A stretch of 64,000 bases of DNA from the NCBI GenBank assembly GCA_963772365.1, contig CAVYXA010000003.1:256001-320000 (forward strand). Reading direction: 5' to 3'. Under the pieces are notes generated by a model that was not told the DNA's origin, did no database searches, and worked only from the letters and a program-made list of their open reading frames with translations. Below are positions 38,485 to 47,979 of this stretch, in pieces. Position 1 is the first letter of the stretch; every line of letters starts with the position of its first letter. The position numbers were made by a program, and so were the translations under genes. The stretch is from an uncultured Verrucomicrobiae bacterium (lineage in GTDB: Bacteria; Verrucomicrobiota; Verrucomicrobiia; Chthoniobacterales; UBA10450).

Positions 38485-39777
38485 ATGGATCTCACCGCCC
38501 CACGCTCGACGATTGCTGAAAGACTCTGTGGCGAGCCGATTGTGTTGACGCGCGCTAATCACCTTACGTCCAGGAGCTGGTTAAGGGACAAGAAGACGCT
38601 AATCGCGCTGATCACAATTCTGGCTGTGGGGATTTTCCTGCGCGTCTGGCCCAGCACAGGATTTCATAAGGTTGGTTTCGACGAAGGTTTGTACAGCAAA
38701 TATGTCGCTAATGCCCAAAAGGTCGGAATCTGGAATTACGACGAAGTGGTGCGGGCGTATCTGCGTTTTCAGGCAGAGCGTTCCGATGCCATCGTGCCGG
38801 CTACCCGCGTTGGTTTTTTGGTTCCGGCAACAATCATTGCGGACGTCGCGCAACTCGATTCGCTGGTGGCACTCCGGTGCACTTCTCTAGCCGCAAGTAT
38901 CACTCTGTTGTTGGCAGTCCTTGTGATCGGCTTCCGAATGAGTGGGACCGAGCGAATGTTGACACTGGGTGCCTTAATAGCGGTTGCGCCATTGCAGATT
39001 CATCTGGCGCAGCGCTCGTTGATTGACGGCTATTTTGCTTTTTGGGCGATCCTGTGCGCGTGGTTTCTTTGGGAAAATCTGCAGAACCCGCATTGCCTCG
39101 GCTGGCTCATCGCCTACGGCATTAGTCTGTTCGTCATCGTGCTGACGAAGGAAAACGCAGCTTTTGTTTTTCTCGCGCTTGCGACGACAGCAATCGTTTT
39201 CGCATTCTGGAAACTTGGACGGATCAGCTGGCCATTAGTTGCTGTGAGTCTTATCGCTCCAATGGCAGCCGTGTTGTTCCTGGCCATGCTGGTCGGTGGA
39301 ATCGCCGAATGGGTTTCGTTTTACCGCGGGTTTGTGCAGAAGTCGGCTGCTTTGCCATACGCTGTCCACCTTCAGGATGGTGCCTGGTATCGCTACCTGA
39401 TCGATTTCACGCTGCTTTCGCCTTGCATCGTGGCCCTGGCTTTCGGCGCATTGTTTCAGATCAAACGAGAATCTAAACCTGACGTTTTCTGGTCCGTTCT
39501 TCTCGGCGCAAGTTTTGCGCTGATGTCGATCCTGCCGTGTGGCATGAGCCTGCGGTTCGCTGCTTACTGGGACGTGCCTTTGCGCTGGCTCGCGTCTTCG
39601 CAGCTTTTTCGCTTGAGCGAACGCTCCCCGCAAATCAAACCACATTTTCTCCTGCCGGGTCTCATTCTAATTTTAGTGGCTGTCGATCTATTTCAGTACT
39701 GGCGCTATTTTGCGCACGGGGCCATCTACGATCCCGTCAGCTTTCATCTGCTTCACGTCTCGAAGCTGATAAAATGA
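38485..39777 (+). CDS. GT-C (ArnT/PMT-like, family 39) membrane glycosyltransferase
   Basis: GFDEGLY after the first TM helix, LIDG and LTKE motifs, multiple TM segments. Confidence 0.7.
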   Translation: MDLTAPRSTIAERLCGEPIVLTRANHLTSRSWLRDKKTLIALITILAVGIFLRVWPSTGFHKVGFDEGLYSKYVANAQKVGIWNYDEVVRAYLRFQAERSDAIVPATRVGFLVPATIIADVAQLDSLVALRCTSLAASITLLLAVLVIGFRMSGTERMLTLGALIAVAPLQIHLAQRSLIDGYFAFWAILCAWFLWENLQNPHCLGWLIAYGISLFVIVLTKENAAFVFLALATTAIVFAFWKLGRISWPLVAVSLIAPMAAVLFLAMLVGGIAEWVSFYRGFVQKSAALPYAVHLQDGAWYRYLIDFTLLSPCIVALAFGALFQIKRESKPDVFWSVLLGASFALMSILPCGMSLRFAAYWDVPLRWLASSQLFRLSERSPQIKPHFLLPGLILILVAVDLFQYWRYFAHGAIYDPVSFHLLHVSKLIK

Positions 39778-39797
39778 GCGATTAGCCGGCTAAATGA

Positions 39798-40676
39798 GTG
39801 GCACGTCCGCTGCTGCCTGATCAGGACATGCTAAACCCCGCACTACGCACTCGACCAATAAACGAATTTCTATCCACGGATTGGGCTCGCCCCTCCAGCG
39901 CATTTCATCGCAATGGACATGTCGAATTAAGCCTCATCTTGCCGACCTACAACGAACGCGAAAATCTCGGTGAACTTCTTGCCCGGATCGACGATGCTCT
40001 GATCGACATCTGCTTCGAAGCGATCATCGTGGATGATGACTCGCCCGATCGCACCTGGGCTGCCGCCCGGGAATTTGAGGACCGGTATCCATGGCTCCGT
40101 GTGATTCGACGACAGAACGTCCGCGGGTTGAGTTCGGCTGTGATTTGTGGATTACGGCATGCTCGCGGAGACATTGTCGGCGTGATGGATGCCGATCTTC
40201 AACACGAGGTCGAATTGTTGCCCGAGCTTTTTGAAAAGATCGAACGAACCGACTTTGCCGTGGCAACTCGGCGCGCTGCCGGAGGAAGCAATGGCCGGTG
40301 GTCCAAAACGCGGCAGTTTGCCAGCTCAGTCGCGACGGCCATGGCTCGATATGTCGCCAAGGTGCCATTCTCCGATCCCATGTCCGGATTTTTCCTGATG
40401 CGTCGCGGGATTTTCCAGGCCATCGATCGCGAAGATCTAACCCCGCTTGGCTACAAAATCTTGATTTATCTCTACAGCAAAGCCGTTCAACAGTTCGGAC
40501 GACAGACCTTATCGTTTGTCGAGATTGGCTACGAGTTTTCCAATCGGATTCACGGTCGGAGCAAGCTGTCGATCAAAGTCGTCGCGGAATACCTGCTGAT
40601 GCTAGCCGGATTACGGTTGAGCGGAGAAACGCCAATTCACGATCGCCGGCCGCGTTGGTCTCACGCTGCGTTTTGA
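39798..40676 (+). CDS. Polyprenol monophosphomannose synthase-like GT2 (start uncertain)
   Basis: LILPTYNERENL, VDDDSPD, GLSSAV, VMDADLQH, SDPMSGFF, GYKIL. Confidence 0.88.
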   Translation: MARPLLPDQDMLNPALRTRPINEFLSTDWARPSSAFHRNGHVELSLILPTYNERENLGELLARIDDALIDICFEAIIVDDDSPDRTWAAAREFEDRYPWLRVIRRQNVRGLSSAVICGLRHARGDIVGVMDADLQHEVELLPELFEKIERTDFAVATRRAAGGSNGRWSKTRQFASSVATAMARYVAKVPFSDPMSGFFLMRRGIFQAIDREDLTPLGYKILIYLYSKAVQQFGRQTLSFVEIGYEFSNRIHGRSKLSIKVVAEYLLMLAGLRLSGETPIHDRRPRWSHAAF

Positions 40677-40693
40677 TTTATCAACAATTGTCA

Positions 40694-40822
40694 GGGTGAT
40701 CGAAAAGCGACGCACGGGCGCGTGCGCACTCCTAAAGCACTTCGTGCGAAAACATCTGAAACGCCCCTATCTATTTCGCGAAGCTTTCGGAGTGCGACGA
40801 GTCCTCGCATCGCTTTTCACCC
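40694..40822. repeat. Intergenic palindromic REP/MITE-like element, copy 1
   Basis: AAAGCGAC..GCACTCCTAAAGCACTTCGTGCGAAA ... TTTCGCGAAGCTTTCGGAGTGCG..GCATCGCTTT. Confidence 0.8.
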
Positions 40823-40892
40823 GCGAGCCAGATCAAGGAACGAGGAATTGAGGCTTGCCTTGATGATGCCGGGGTGAGACAAAACGCTGGCG

Positions 40893-43193
40893 ATGAAATT
40901 GCTGAGTGCTCCGCGCCAGCCATTCGTCGGCCTAGCCATGGCGGCCGGGGTGGGCATCCTCGTCGCGGAGTTCATACCCGCTTCAAAACCCCTGCTGGGT
41001 GCGATGGCAGTTGGGGTTGCTCTTTGGATTTTGGTGACGCTTTGGCAGCCAGTGCCTGTCGCGACTTATCTAATTGTCGCGATCTCATTTTTTCTCCTTC
41101 ACAATTTTCGAACGACAGATACCGCAGGTCTGCGACTCGCAGCGCAATTGGGAGAGCGGCCACGTCTGGTTGTCGTCACTGGGACGGTAGTGAGCGAGCC
41201 GAAAATTTGGCCAAACAGATTTGCCTCGTTCCTTCTCAAACTCGATTCGATTGATTTTGCAGGACAACATGAATTCACGACCGCAACCTGGTCTGTCACG
41301 TGGCGCGGCAGAGCAAAGTTCGGCGATGAACTGAAGCTATCCGGCATAGCCAAGCCGATAGCGCCGCCCAGGAATCCAGGTCAATTCGACATGCGCACAT
41401 ATCTTGCACAGCGCGACGTTCACCGGGAGTTGTTTGTTCGTTCTGAAGAAAACGGCGTGCTTCTGCGTCACGGACGCGGCAATCCAGTTCTGCGTGCCGC
41501 CCAGAGATCCCGACATTGGCTGCAAGCTGCTCTTTGTCGTGGACTGGAAGATTCGCCGGACGTCCAAAGTTTTTTGAGCGGTATTGTGCTCGGCCTGCGG
41601 CGCCAGACGCAGCAGGACATTGAAGAACCGTTTCAACAAACCGGAACGCTTCATCTCTTTGCCGTTGCTGGTCTTCACGTGGGAATTTTTGCCGAACTTC
41701 TCTGGATTTTGGCAATGGTCGGGCGTCTGTCTCGAAAATGGGCGGCCACATTTATTATTCCGGCGTTGTTCTTCTATGCAGCGGTCACCGGATTACATGT
41801 CTCCAGTGTTCGAGCTGCGATCATGGCGTCGATTTTGCTAGGCGGCATCTTCTTTGATCGCAAAGTTTTTCTGCTCAACAGCCTCGCTGCCGCTGCATTT
41901 GTCCTTTTTTGCTGGGACACGAATGAACTATTCGATATCGGCTTTCAACTTTCGTTCGCCGTCGTTGGCGCCATCGTTGTTTTTGCCGATCCGTTGTTCG
42001 GATTATTCAAGCGGCTGGCCGCGCCTGATCCATTCCTGCCGCGAACTTTGCTGCGCGGATCGCGACGCTGGTCGCATCTTTGTTTCGAATGGTTTTGCGG
42101 CGGTGTTGCCGTTTCTCTCGCGGCCTGGGCTGGATCAGCCGCATTTATCGGCTGGCACTTTCATCTCGTTACGCCGATTTCGCTGCTGGCCAATCTGCTA
42201 GTCGTTCCAATCGCGTTCTTTGTCCTGGCGGTTGCTCTGCTCTCGCTGTTGACGGCTCCGCTCACCCCGTGGCTTTCCGTTATATTCAATAATGCCAACT
42301 GGTCGTTGGCTCAGCTCGTTCTGGGCATAGTGCACGTGCTCTCTCAAGTTCCGGGCGGACATTTCTATGTCGATCATCCCCATTGGCCCAAACTGATCGT
42401 TGCTCGAATCACTGTTCTCGACATGGGCGCTGGCGCCGCCGTTCACGTGCGAACCCAGAGCGGCGATTGGCTGTTTGATTGCGGAAGTAAACGCGAGTAC
42501 AAGCGCGTCCTGCTCGAATATTTGCATTCCTCCGGTGTAAATCAGCTCGAGGGACTCTTGTTGAGTCATGGCGATTCCCTCCACATTGGTGGCGCGCAGC
42601 GCTTGCTGCACGACTTCCCCTGGATGCGTTTGATCGACAATCCTTTGCCCGATCGGTCCAGTACGCATCGGCAATTGCTCCGTCTGTTTCGCCAACGTCA
42701 TTTGCATCCAGACAAACTTACGGCGGGAGAGCGCCTTCAACTTTCGCCTACTGTAACCGCAAAGATTCTTCATCCTCCCCAATCGCTAGCCGCGACAAAA
42801 ACCGACGATCAGGCTTACGTTGTTCAACTTTTCGTTAAGCCAGCAACGTCGATTATGTTCTTGTCCGACAGCGGCGAAGAAACCGAGCGGCGGCTTCTAA
42901 CTTCAGGGGAAAATTTGCGCAGCGATATCCTGGTCAAAGGCCAGCATCATTCGGCTCGGTCCGGTTGCGATGAATTTCTGAATGCTGTCCAGCCGAAGCT
43001 GATCATTGCCACGTCGCGCGATTTTCCGGAGGAAGAACGAATCAGCGATGAATGGGCCGCCAAAGTTCAATCTCGCGGCATCAAGTTGTTTCGTCAGGAC
43101 GAAACGGGGGCAGTGATAATGCGGTGCGGCCCTCACGCTTGGGAAGCGCGAAGTTACATCACGGGCGAAACCTTTCGAAGCAGCAGTCGGTAA
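40893..43193 (+). CDS. comEC: ComEC/Rec2 DNA uptake channel
   Basis: OB region with PRNPGQFD, GTLHLFAVAGLHVG, GFQLSF, beta-lactamase-like domain (LDMGAG, LSHGDSLHIGG). Confidence 0.92.
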   Translation: MKLLSAPRQPFVGLAMAAGVGILVAEFIPASKPLLGAMAVGVALWILVTLWQPVPVATYLIVAISFFLLHNFRTTDTAGLRLAAQLGERPRLVVVTGTVVSEPKIWPNRFASFLLKLDSIDFAGQHEFTTATWSVTWRGRAKFGDELKLSGIAKPIAPPRNPGQFDMRTYLAQRDVHRELFVRSEENGVLLRHGRGNPVLRAAQRSRHWLQAALCRGLEDSPDVQSFLSGIVLGLRRQTQQDIEEPFQQTGTLHLFAVAGLHVGIFAELLWILAMVGRLSRKWAATFIIPALFFYAAVTGLHVSSVRAAIMASILLGGIFFDRKVFLLNSLAAAAFVLFCWDTNELFDIGFQLSFAVVGAIVVFADPLFGLFKRLAAPDPFLPRTLLRGSRRWSHLCFEWFCGGVAVSLAAWAGSAAFIGWHFHLVTPISLLANLLVVPIAFFVLAVALLSLLTAPLTPWLSVIFNNANWSLAQLVLGIVHVLSQVPGGHFYVDHPHWPKLIVARITVLDMGAGAAVHVRTQSGDWLFDCGSKREYKRVLLEYLHSSGVNQLEGLLLSHGDSLHIGGAQRLLHDFPWMRLIDNPLPDRSSTHRQLLRLFRQRHLHPDKLTAGERLQLSPTVTAKILHPPQSLAATKTDDQAYVVQLFVKPATSIMFLSDSGEETERRLLTSGENLRSDILVKGQHHSARSGCDEFLNAVQPKLIIATSRDFPEEERISDEWAAKVQSRGIKLFRQDETGAVIMRCGPHAWEARSYITGETFRSSSR

Positions 43194-43756
43194 ATCGGCA
43201 TGCCTTTCTCCCGAAACCGGCGCTCGAATTTTGTCGATGGTAAGTCATGGCCTTTCGCTTCAGCATTGTCGATCCTAACTAGTTGCGAATTGGCAATTGC
43301 GAGCTGCTCGACTTGTTTGAAGTAATCAAGCTGATCGGTCGCCATTTGAAAAACGCCGCCAGGTTTGAGAGCACGGCAAATCGATTGCAGAAATTGCGAC
43401 GTTACTACTCTGCGCCGTTGATGACGCCGTTTTGGCCACGGATCGGGAAACAAAAGATAGAAAGCGTCCACAGAATCTTTCGGCAGCAAATATCGGGCGG
43501 CATAGGAGGTCTCCAGATGCAACACCCGCACATTGTCGATCCTGTACGCCTGGCGGCAGACTTTGGCCACGCGTCCAACCATGCGTTCGATCCCCAGGAA
43601 ATTCCATTCCGGATGGCGCTCGGCCAGAGCAATCAGAAATGATCCGTCGCCGCAGCCAAGATCGACATGCAAGGGCGCGGCTCGCCCAAAAATTTTCGCG
43701 ACAGGAAGCGGTTCAACGTACGAATCCGGGACCAGCTCAATTGAGGCCACTTCCAT
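43154..43756 (-). CDS. trmB: tRNA (guanine-N7)-methyltransferase; probable start ATG 43756
   Basis: DLGCGDG, FLGIE, FPDPWPKRRH, TKFERRF. Confidence 0.93.
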   Translation of the reverse strand: MEVASIELVPDSYVEPLPVAKIFGRAAPLHVDLGCGDGSFLIALAERHPEWNFLGIERMVGRVAKVCRQAYRIDNVRVLHLETSYAARYLLPKDSVDAFYLLFPDPWPKRRHQRRRVVTSQFLQSICRALKPGGVFQMATDQLDYFKQVEQLAIANSQLVRIDNAEAKGHDLPSTKFERRFREKGMPIYRLLLRKVSPVM

Positions 43757-43772
43757 TGCTCCTGCGCGTGTG

Positions 43773-44378
43773 TCACATCCGGCCCCGCCGTTTGTAGAAG
43801 CGATATCGTTCCATGACCGAATCGACATAATTTCGGGTAGTCGGAAAATCGATGTTTCGGAGGAAATCTTTCGATTTGACTCCCACTGCCGCGCTGCCGC
43901 CCACCCAGCGCTGAACGCGACTGGCCCCGGCATTGTATTCGGCCAATGCAAACGGCAATGGATCGGGCTGCTGTTCCCAGTGTTGAACTGCGCGATGCAA
44001 ATACCACGCGCCAGCGCGCAGATTTGTCTCCGGATTGAACAGCTCTTCCGCCTGAAAATTGTCGATCTTATTTTCGCGGGCCCATTCGGCGGCGGCGGTG
44101 CCGGTGACTTGCATTAAACCTCGTTCGCCTCTGGTGCCGTATTTCAGTGGATCGAACCGGCTCTCCCGCCACACTACCGCTTTTACCAGCATGGGATCGA
44201 GATCATCCCTGGTTGCGATCGAACGGATCAACGGATCGTATTTTTTGAAACGAGCCGGGCTGATCCATTCGTACAATGTGTAGACCGGATCGCCGGAGCG
44301 AAACGCCAGGTAGATAAGACAGGCGGCAAGCGCTACGAGCAGACAAACAACCAACTTGAACAGAAAACGGATCATCAA
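43773..44378 (-). CDS. Lytic transglycosylase (SLT domain), membrane anchored
   Basis: AVVWRESRFDP, GLMQV, ALAEYNAG, TRNYV. Confidence 0.92.
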   Translation of the reverse strand: MMIRFLFKLVVCLLVALAACLIYLAFRSGDPVYTLYEWISPARFKKYDPLIRSIATRDDLDPMLVKAVVWRESRFDPLKYGTRGERGLMQVTGTAAAEWARENKIDNFQAEELFNPETNLRAGAWYLHRAVQHWEQQPDPLPFALAEYNAGASRVQRWVGGSAAVGVKSKDFLRNIDFPTTRNYVDSVMERYRFYKRRGRM

Positions 44379-44379
44379 T

Positions 44380-44461
44380 TCGCGCTCGTACTGCTAATAC
44401 TCGTGGTCAAGACAACTTTCCATTTCGATCCATAACTTACACGATTACGATTAGAGCACGA
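44380..44461. repeat. Degenerate inverted heptamer/hexamer-type repeat (CTCGTG/GATTAC units) between slt and priA
   Basis: TCGCGCTCGTACTGCTAATACTCGTG ... CACGATTACGATTAGAGCACGA are loosely complementary. Confidence 0.4.
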
Positions 44462-46701
44462 TGATTAGGCCAAATTACGTCCGGGTAGTGATCGATCGTG
44501 CTATTCATCGCGAGCTCGATTATTCCGTGCCGGAAACGCTGGCGGAAAGAATTGGCGTCGGGTCGCGCGTTCGGGTTCCATTTCGTGATAAATCGGGACT
44601 GGCCACAGTCGTGGCAACGATGGACAAGAGCGAGGCGAAAGGAATTCGGCCCGTGGAAGCTGTCGTCGGTGAAACGCCGATTCTGAGCGAGGACTTACTC
44701 GAATTGGCCAGATGGATTGCGACGTATTACTGCTGCCCAATTGAGGCAGTGATGCGCAGTTTGTTGCCACAGGTGATCCGGCGCGCGGAAGTCAGCTGGA
44801 AGAAACAATTGTTTGTACAGCCTGGCCGTAAGATCGACGATGACGACCTGCGTAAATTGCAGAAACGCGCGCCACGTCAGGCGGAACTTTTGGAGACGAT
44901 TTCCAAATTGGAAACGCCGGTGACTGCGGCGAAACTTCTGCGGCAAACTTCATTGGATCATCAAACCCTGCGCGCGTTGGTCAGGCACGGTCTGGTGGAG
45001 TTGCGCGAAGAAGCGGTGGCGCGCGACCCACATGGAGACGAGGAATTCATCGCCACGTCGAACCTTCTGTTGAACGAAGAGCAGACTGTCGCGCTCAAAG
45101 AAATCACTAGGGCGCTGGATTCGCCTGAGAACGCGCGTCCGATCTTGATTCATGGTGTGACCGGCTCCGGCAAAACGGAGGTTTACTTGCAGGCGATCCG
45201 GGCCGCGCTCGACCGCGGGCGCACCGCGATTGTGCTGGTGCCCGAGATTTCGCTTACGCCGCAGACGGTCGAACGTTTCAAAGGACGGTTTGCTGAAGCG
45301 CAGGCGGACGTGGCGGTGTTGCACAGTCATTTATCCGAAGGTGAACGCCACGACGAATGGCACAAGATCCATTCGGGACAGGCCCGGATCGCCATTGGTC
45401 CGCGGAGCGCGGTGTTCGCGCCGATCAAGAATCTCGGACTGATCGTTGTCGATGAAGAACATGAGAACACCTACAAACAGGAGGAAGCGCCACGGTATCA
45501 TGCGCGCGATGTCGCCGTTGTGCGGGCGAAGATCGAGAAGTGCGTTGTGGTTCTTGGAAGCGCCACGCCGTCGCTGGAGAGCTATCACAATGCGACGACC
45601 GGCAAATATCGTTTGAACGTTTTGACCCAGCGGGTCGACGAAAAGCAGATGCCGCTGATGCGTATTGTCGATCTTCGCCAGGAACGTCGGCGCGAAAAAG
45701 CGATAGCGATTTTATCGGAGAAATTGCGGACGGCGATCGAAAATCGTTTGGACAAACGCGAACAGACAATCCTGTTTCTAAATCGGCGCGGATTTTCCAC
45801 ATCTCTTTTGTGCAGCAATTGCGGCGAAACACGCGATTGTCCCAATTGCAGCGTCGCGCTCACGTTTCATCGTCATCCCGGTGTGGCCGGAAGACTCAGT
45901 TGCCACTTGTGCGGGCATACGGCCGCCGTGCCGAAGAAATGCCCGGCTTGCGGCCAGGATGCGCTGATCTACGCAGGCTTTGGGACAGAAAAAGTTGAGT
46001 CCACGGTATCTCAGATTTTTCCGAAGGCCGTTGTACGCCGAATGGATGCCGATTCCATGACGCGAAAGGAATCGTATCGGGAAACGCTGAGAAATTTTCG
46101 GACCGGCAAGATCGACATCCTGGTCGGGACGCAAATGATCGCGAAAGGGCTGCACTTTCCGAACGTCACACTGGTTGGAATCATCAACGCCGATCTGGCT
46201 TTGCATCTGCCTGATTTCCGGGCAGGCGAGCGGACGTTTCAGCTTCTTACTCAAGTGGCCGGGCGAGCTGGCCGCGGGGAAACGCCGGGCGAAGTTTTCG
46301 TTCAGACCTACACGCCATTTAGTCCATCGATTCAGTTTGCCCGACATCACGATTTCGCAGGTTTTTTTCAGCAGGAGCTGGAGTTTCGGGAACGGTGCGA
46401 TTTTCCGCCGTTCAAACACGCGCTCCTCATCACGGTTCGCTCCGCGCACGAAGGCCGCGCAAAATTATCAGCCGAAACGCTAAGGCGTCGTTTAAAGGAA
46501 GCGTTGCCAGAGGAATTTCTGCTCGGCGAAGCCACGCCCGCGCCGCTCGAAAAACTGCAAGGTCAGTTTCGCTTTCACATTTTAATTCGCGGGCAGGCAA
46601 TCCTGCGGCTCAGCCGGCTGATTCGCGAGACGCTGGACAAGTTGCCTTTTCCCGAAGATGTCGCAGTCGCAGTGGATGTCGATCCTTACCAACTGCTGTA
46701 A
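44461..46701 (+). CDS. priA: Primosomal protein N' (replication restart helicase)
   Basis: GVTGSGKTEVY, DEEH, four CxxC pairs, GTQMIAKGLHFPNV, QVAGRAGR. Confidence 0.97.
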   Translation: MIRPNYVRVVIDRAIHRELDYSVPETLAERIGVGSRVRVPFRDKSGLATVVATMDKSEAKGIRPVEAVVGETPILSEDLLELARWIATYYCCPIEAVMRSLLPQVIRRAEVSWKKQLFVQPGRKIDDDDLRKLQKRAPRQAELLETISKLETPVTAAKLLRQTSLDHQTLRALVRHGLVELREEAVARDPHGDEEFIATSNLLLNEEQTVALKEITRALDSPENARPILIHGVTGSGKTEVYLQAIRAALDRGRTAIVLVPEISLTPQTVERFKGRFAEAQADVAVLHSHLSEGERHDEWHKIHSGQARIAIGPRSAVFAPIKNLGLIVVDEEHENTYKQEEAPRYHARDVAVVRAKIEKCVVVLGSATPSLESYHNATTGKYRLNVLTQRVDEKQMPLMRIVDLRQERRREKAIAILSEKLRTAIENRLDKREQTILFLNRRGFSTSLLCSNCGETRDCPNCSVALTFHRHPGVAGRLSCHLCGHTAAVPKKCPACGQDALIYAGFGTEKVESTVSQIFPKAVVRRMDADSMTRKESYRETLRNFRTGKIDILVGTQMIAKGLHFPNVTLVGIINADLALHLPDFRAGERTFQLLTQVAGRAGRGETPGEVFVQTYTPFSPSIQFARHHDFAGFFQQELEFRERCDFPPFKHALLITVRSAHEGRAKLSAETLRRRLKEALPEEFLLGEATPAPLEKLQGQFRFHILIRGQAILRLSRLIRETLDKLPFPEDVAVAVDVDPYQLL

Positions 46702-46814
46702 AAGCGACGTGAAGACGCGTGCGCACTCCGAAAGCTATCGCGAAAGGGAAAAGAGCTTGGTGCGATTTTGCACGAAGTGCTGTAGGAGTGCGATTGCGTC
46801 CTCGCATCGCTTTC
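46700..46814. repeat. Intergenic palindromic REP/MITE-like element, copy 2 (same family as 40694-40822)
   Basis: AAAGCGAC..GCGTGCGCACTCCGAAAGCTATCGCGAAA ... TTTTGCACGAAGTGCTGTAGGAGTGCG..GTCCTCGCATCGCTTT. Confidence 0.8.
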
Positions 46815-46842
46815 GAACGGTTGACCACGCACCCGCGGCAGC

Positions 46843-47794
46843 CTAGTCCTGCTCTACGCTTGCCTGAGCTCGTTGCACCATCGTCACCGCTGCTATTAGA
46901 ACAATGGCAGCGGCAATCTGATGCGGCCGAAGGGCGGCGTGGAAAAATCCCCATGTGATACAAACGGCCGCCAATGTCTGCATCATCTCGAAGTAACCAG
47001 CTGTCGATGCTCGCGTCCGGCGCAAACCTTCGAAATAAATCAGAAGCGGAATTCCGCCCGAGATTGAGGCAAGTAAAACAAGCGCGCCGATCGCTTGCCC
47101 GGTGTGAGCTTGAGCGGCTGCGGGCCAGAGCGACGCTCCATTGAACTGGCCATAGCCGAGCAGAATGAAACTCATGCAAACCAGTCCCACCACAATCCGC
47201 ATGCTCGCGGCAAGCCGCAGCGACATGCCGAGCATGACGCCGCGGCCGGCGACTGTCGATCCCGCCCAAAAGAACGCGCAAATGAGTGCGTAGCCGGTCC
47301 CGATTGTTAGGCCCGCTTTGGCAAAGGAAACGCCGATTAGTTCGGGATGTTCGACTGACAGAAACATACCGGCGATAATTGCGATCGCAGCATGAAGAAA
47401 AAAGCGCGGCGCTAGTTTGTCGTTGAAAATGAGAACAGCGCCCAAAGTCGAGATCACTGGTTGAATGTTCAGGATCACGTTGACCACAGTTGGGTTGCCG
47501 TATTTGAGGGCGAGCGTAAAAAAGATCGTCCCAACAGCCGAACCGGCGAATCCGGAGAAAAAAAGAAAGCCCCAGGTCCGGCTCGTTGATCTTGCGAAGC
47601 TCACCGAGACGCGGCAGCAGAATCGGAAGAAACATAAGCAGGATCAGAACGTGCTCCCAAAACACGATGACTTTTGCATCAAACAGGTTGTTAAGCGGAA
47701 TCCGCCACGCGCTTTCAGTTCCCCAAAGCGCCGCACCGAGTCCGACCAGCCATGGGCCGTAATTTAAGCGATTGGATCTCCGCTCGGTTTTCAT
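46843..47794 (-). CDS. DMT/EamA family transporter; +1 frameshift near 47585
   Basis: N-terminus (GAALWGT) in ORF 47794 and remainder (RTWGFLFFSG...NIQPV) in ORF 47604; two EamA repeats. Confidence 0.85.
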
Positions 47795-47979
47795 GTGAAC
47801 CGTCTATCCGCAGCCAGGTAAAGCGTCAACGCTTCCCCAGATTGCCGTTAGGGGTAGGACCAGTACAAAGAAGACCCAAATTAGGATCGACAATTTCCAG
47901 AAAATTGTTTATTTGGTCCATTCGGGCGCGAGTTTGTGCCAAAGCCCGGCTACCAAGCGCCAGAAAGGGAAATCCGCCT

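Noticed and set aside
43154..43193. Convergent 40-nt overlap of comEC and trmB
   Set aside because: Short tail-to-tail overlaps are ordinary in compact genomes
47752..47979. Long N-terminal extensions in the ORF track (47752, 38562, 34118, 43951, 7993, 61401)
   Set aside because: They overlap neighbouring genes or regulatory elements; family homology begins at downstream start codons
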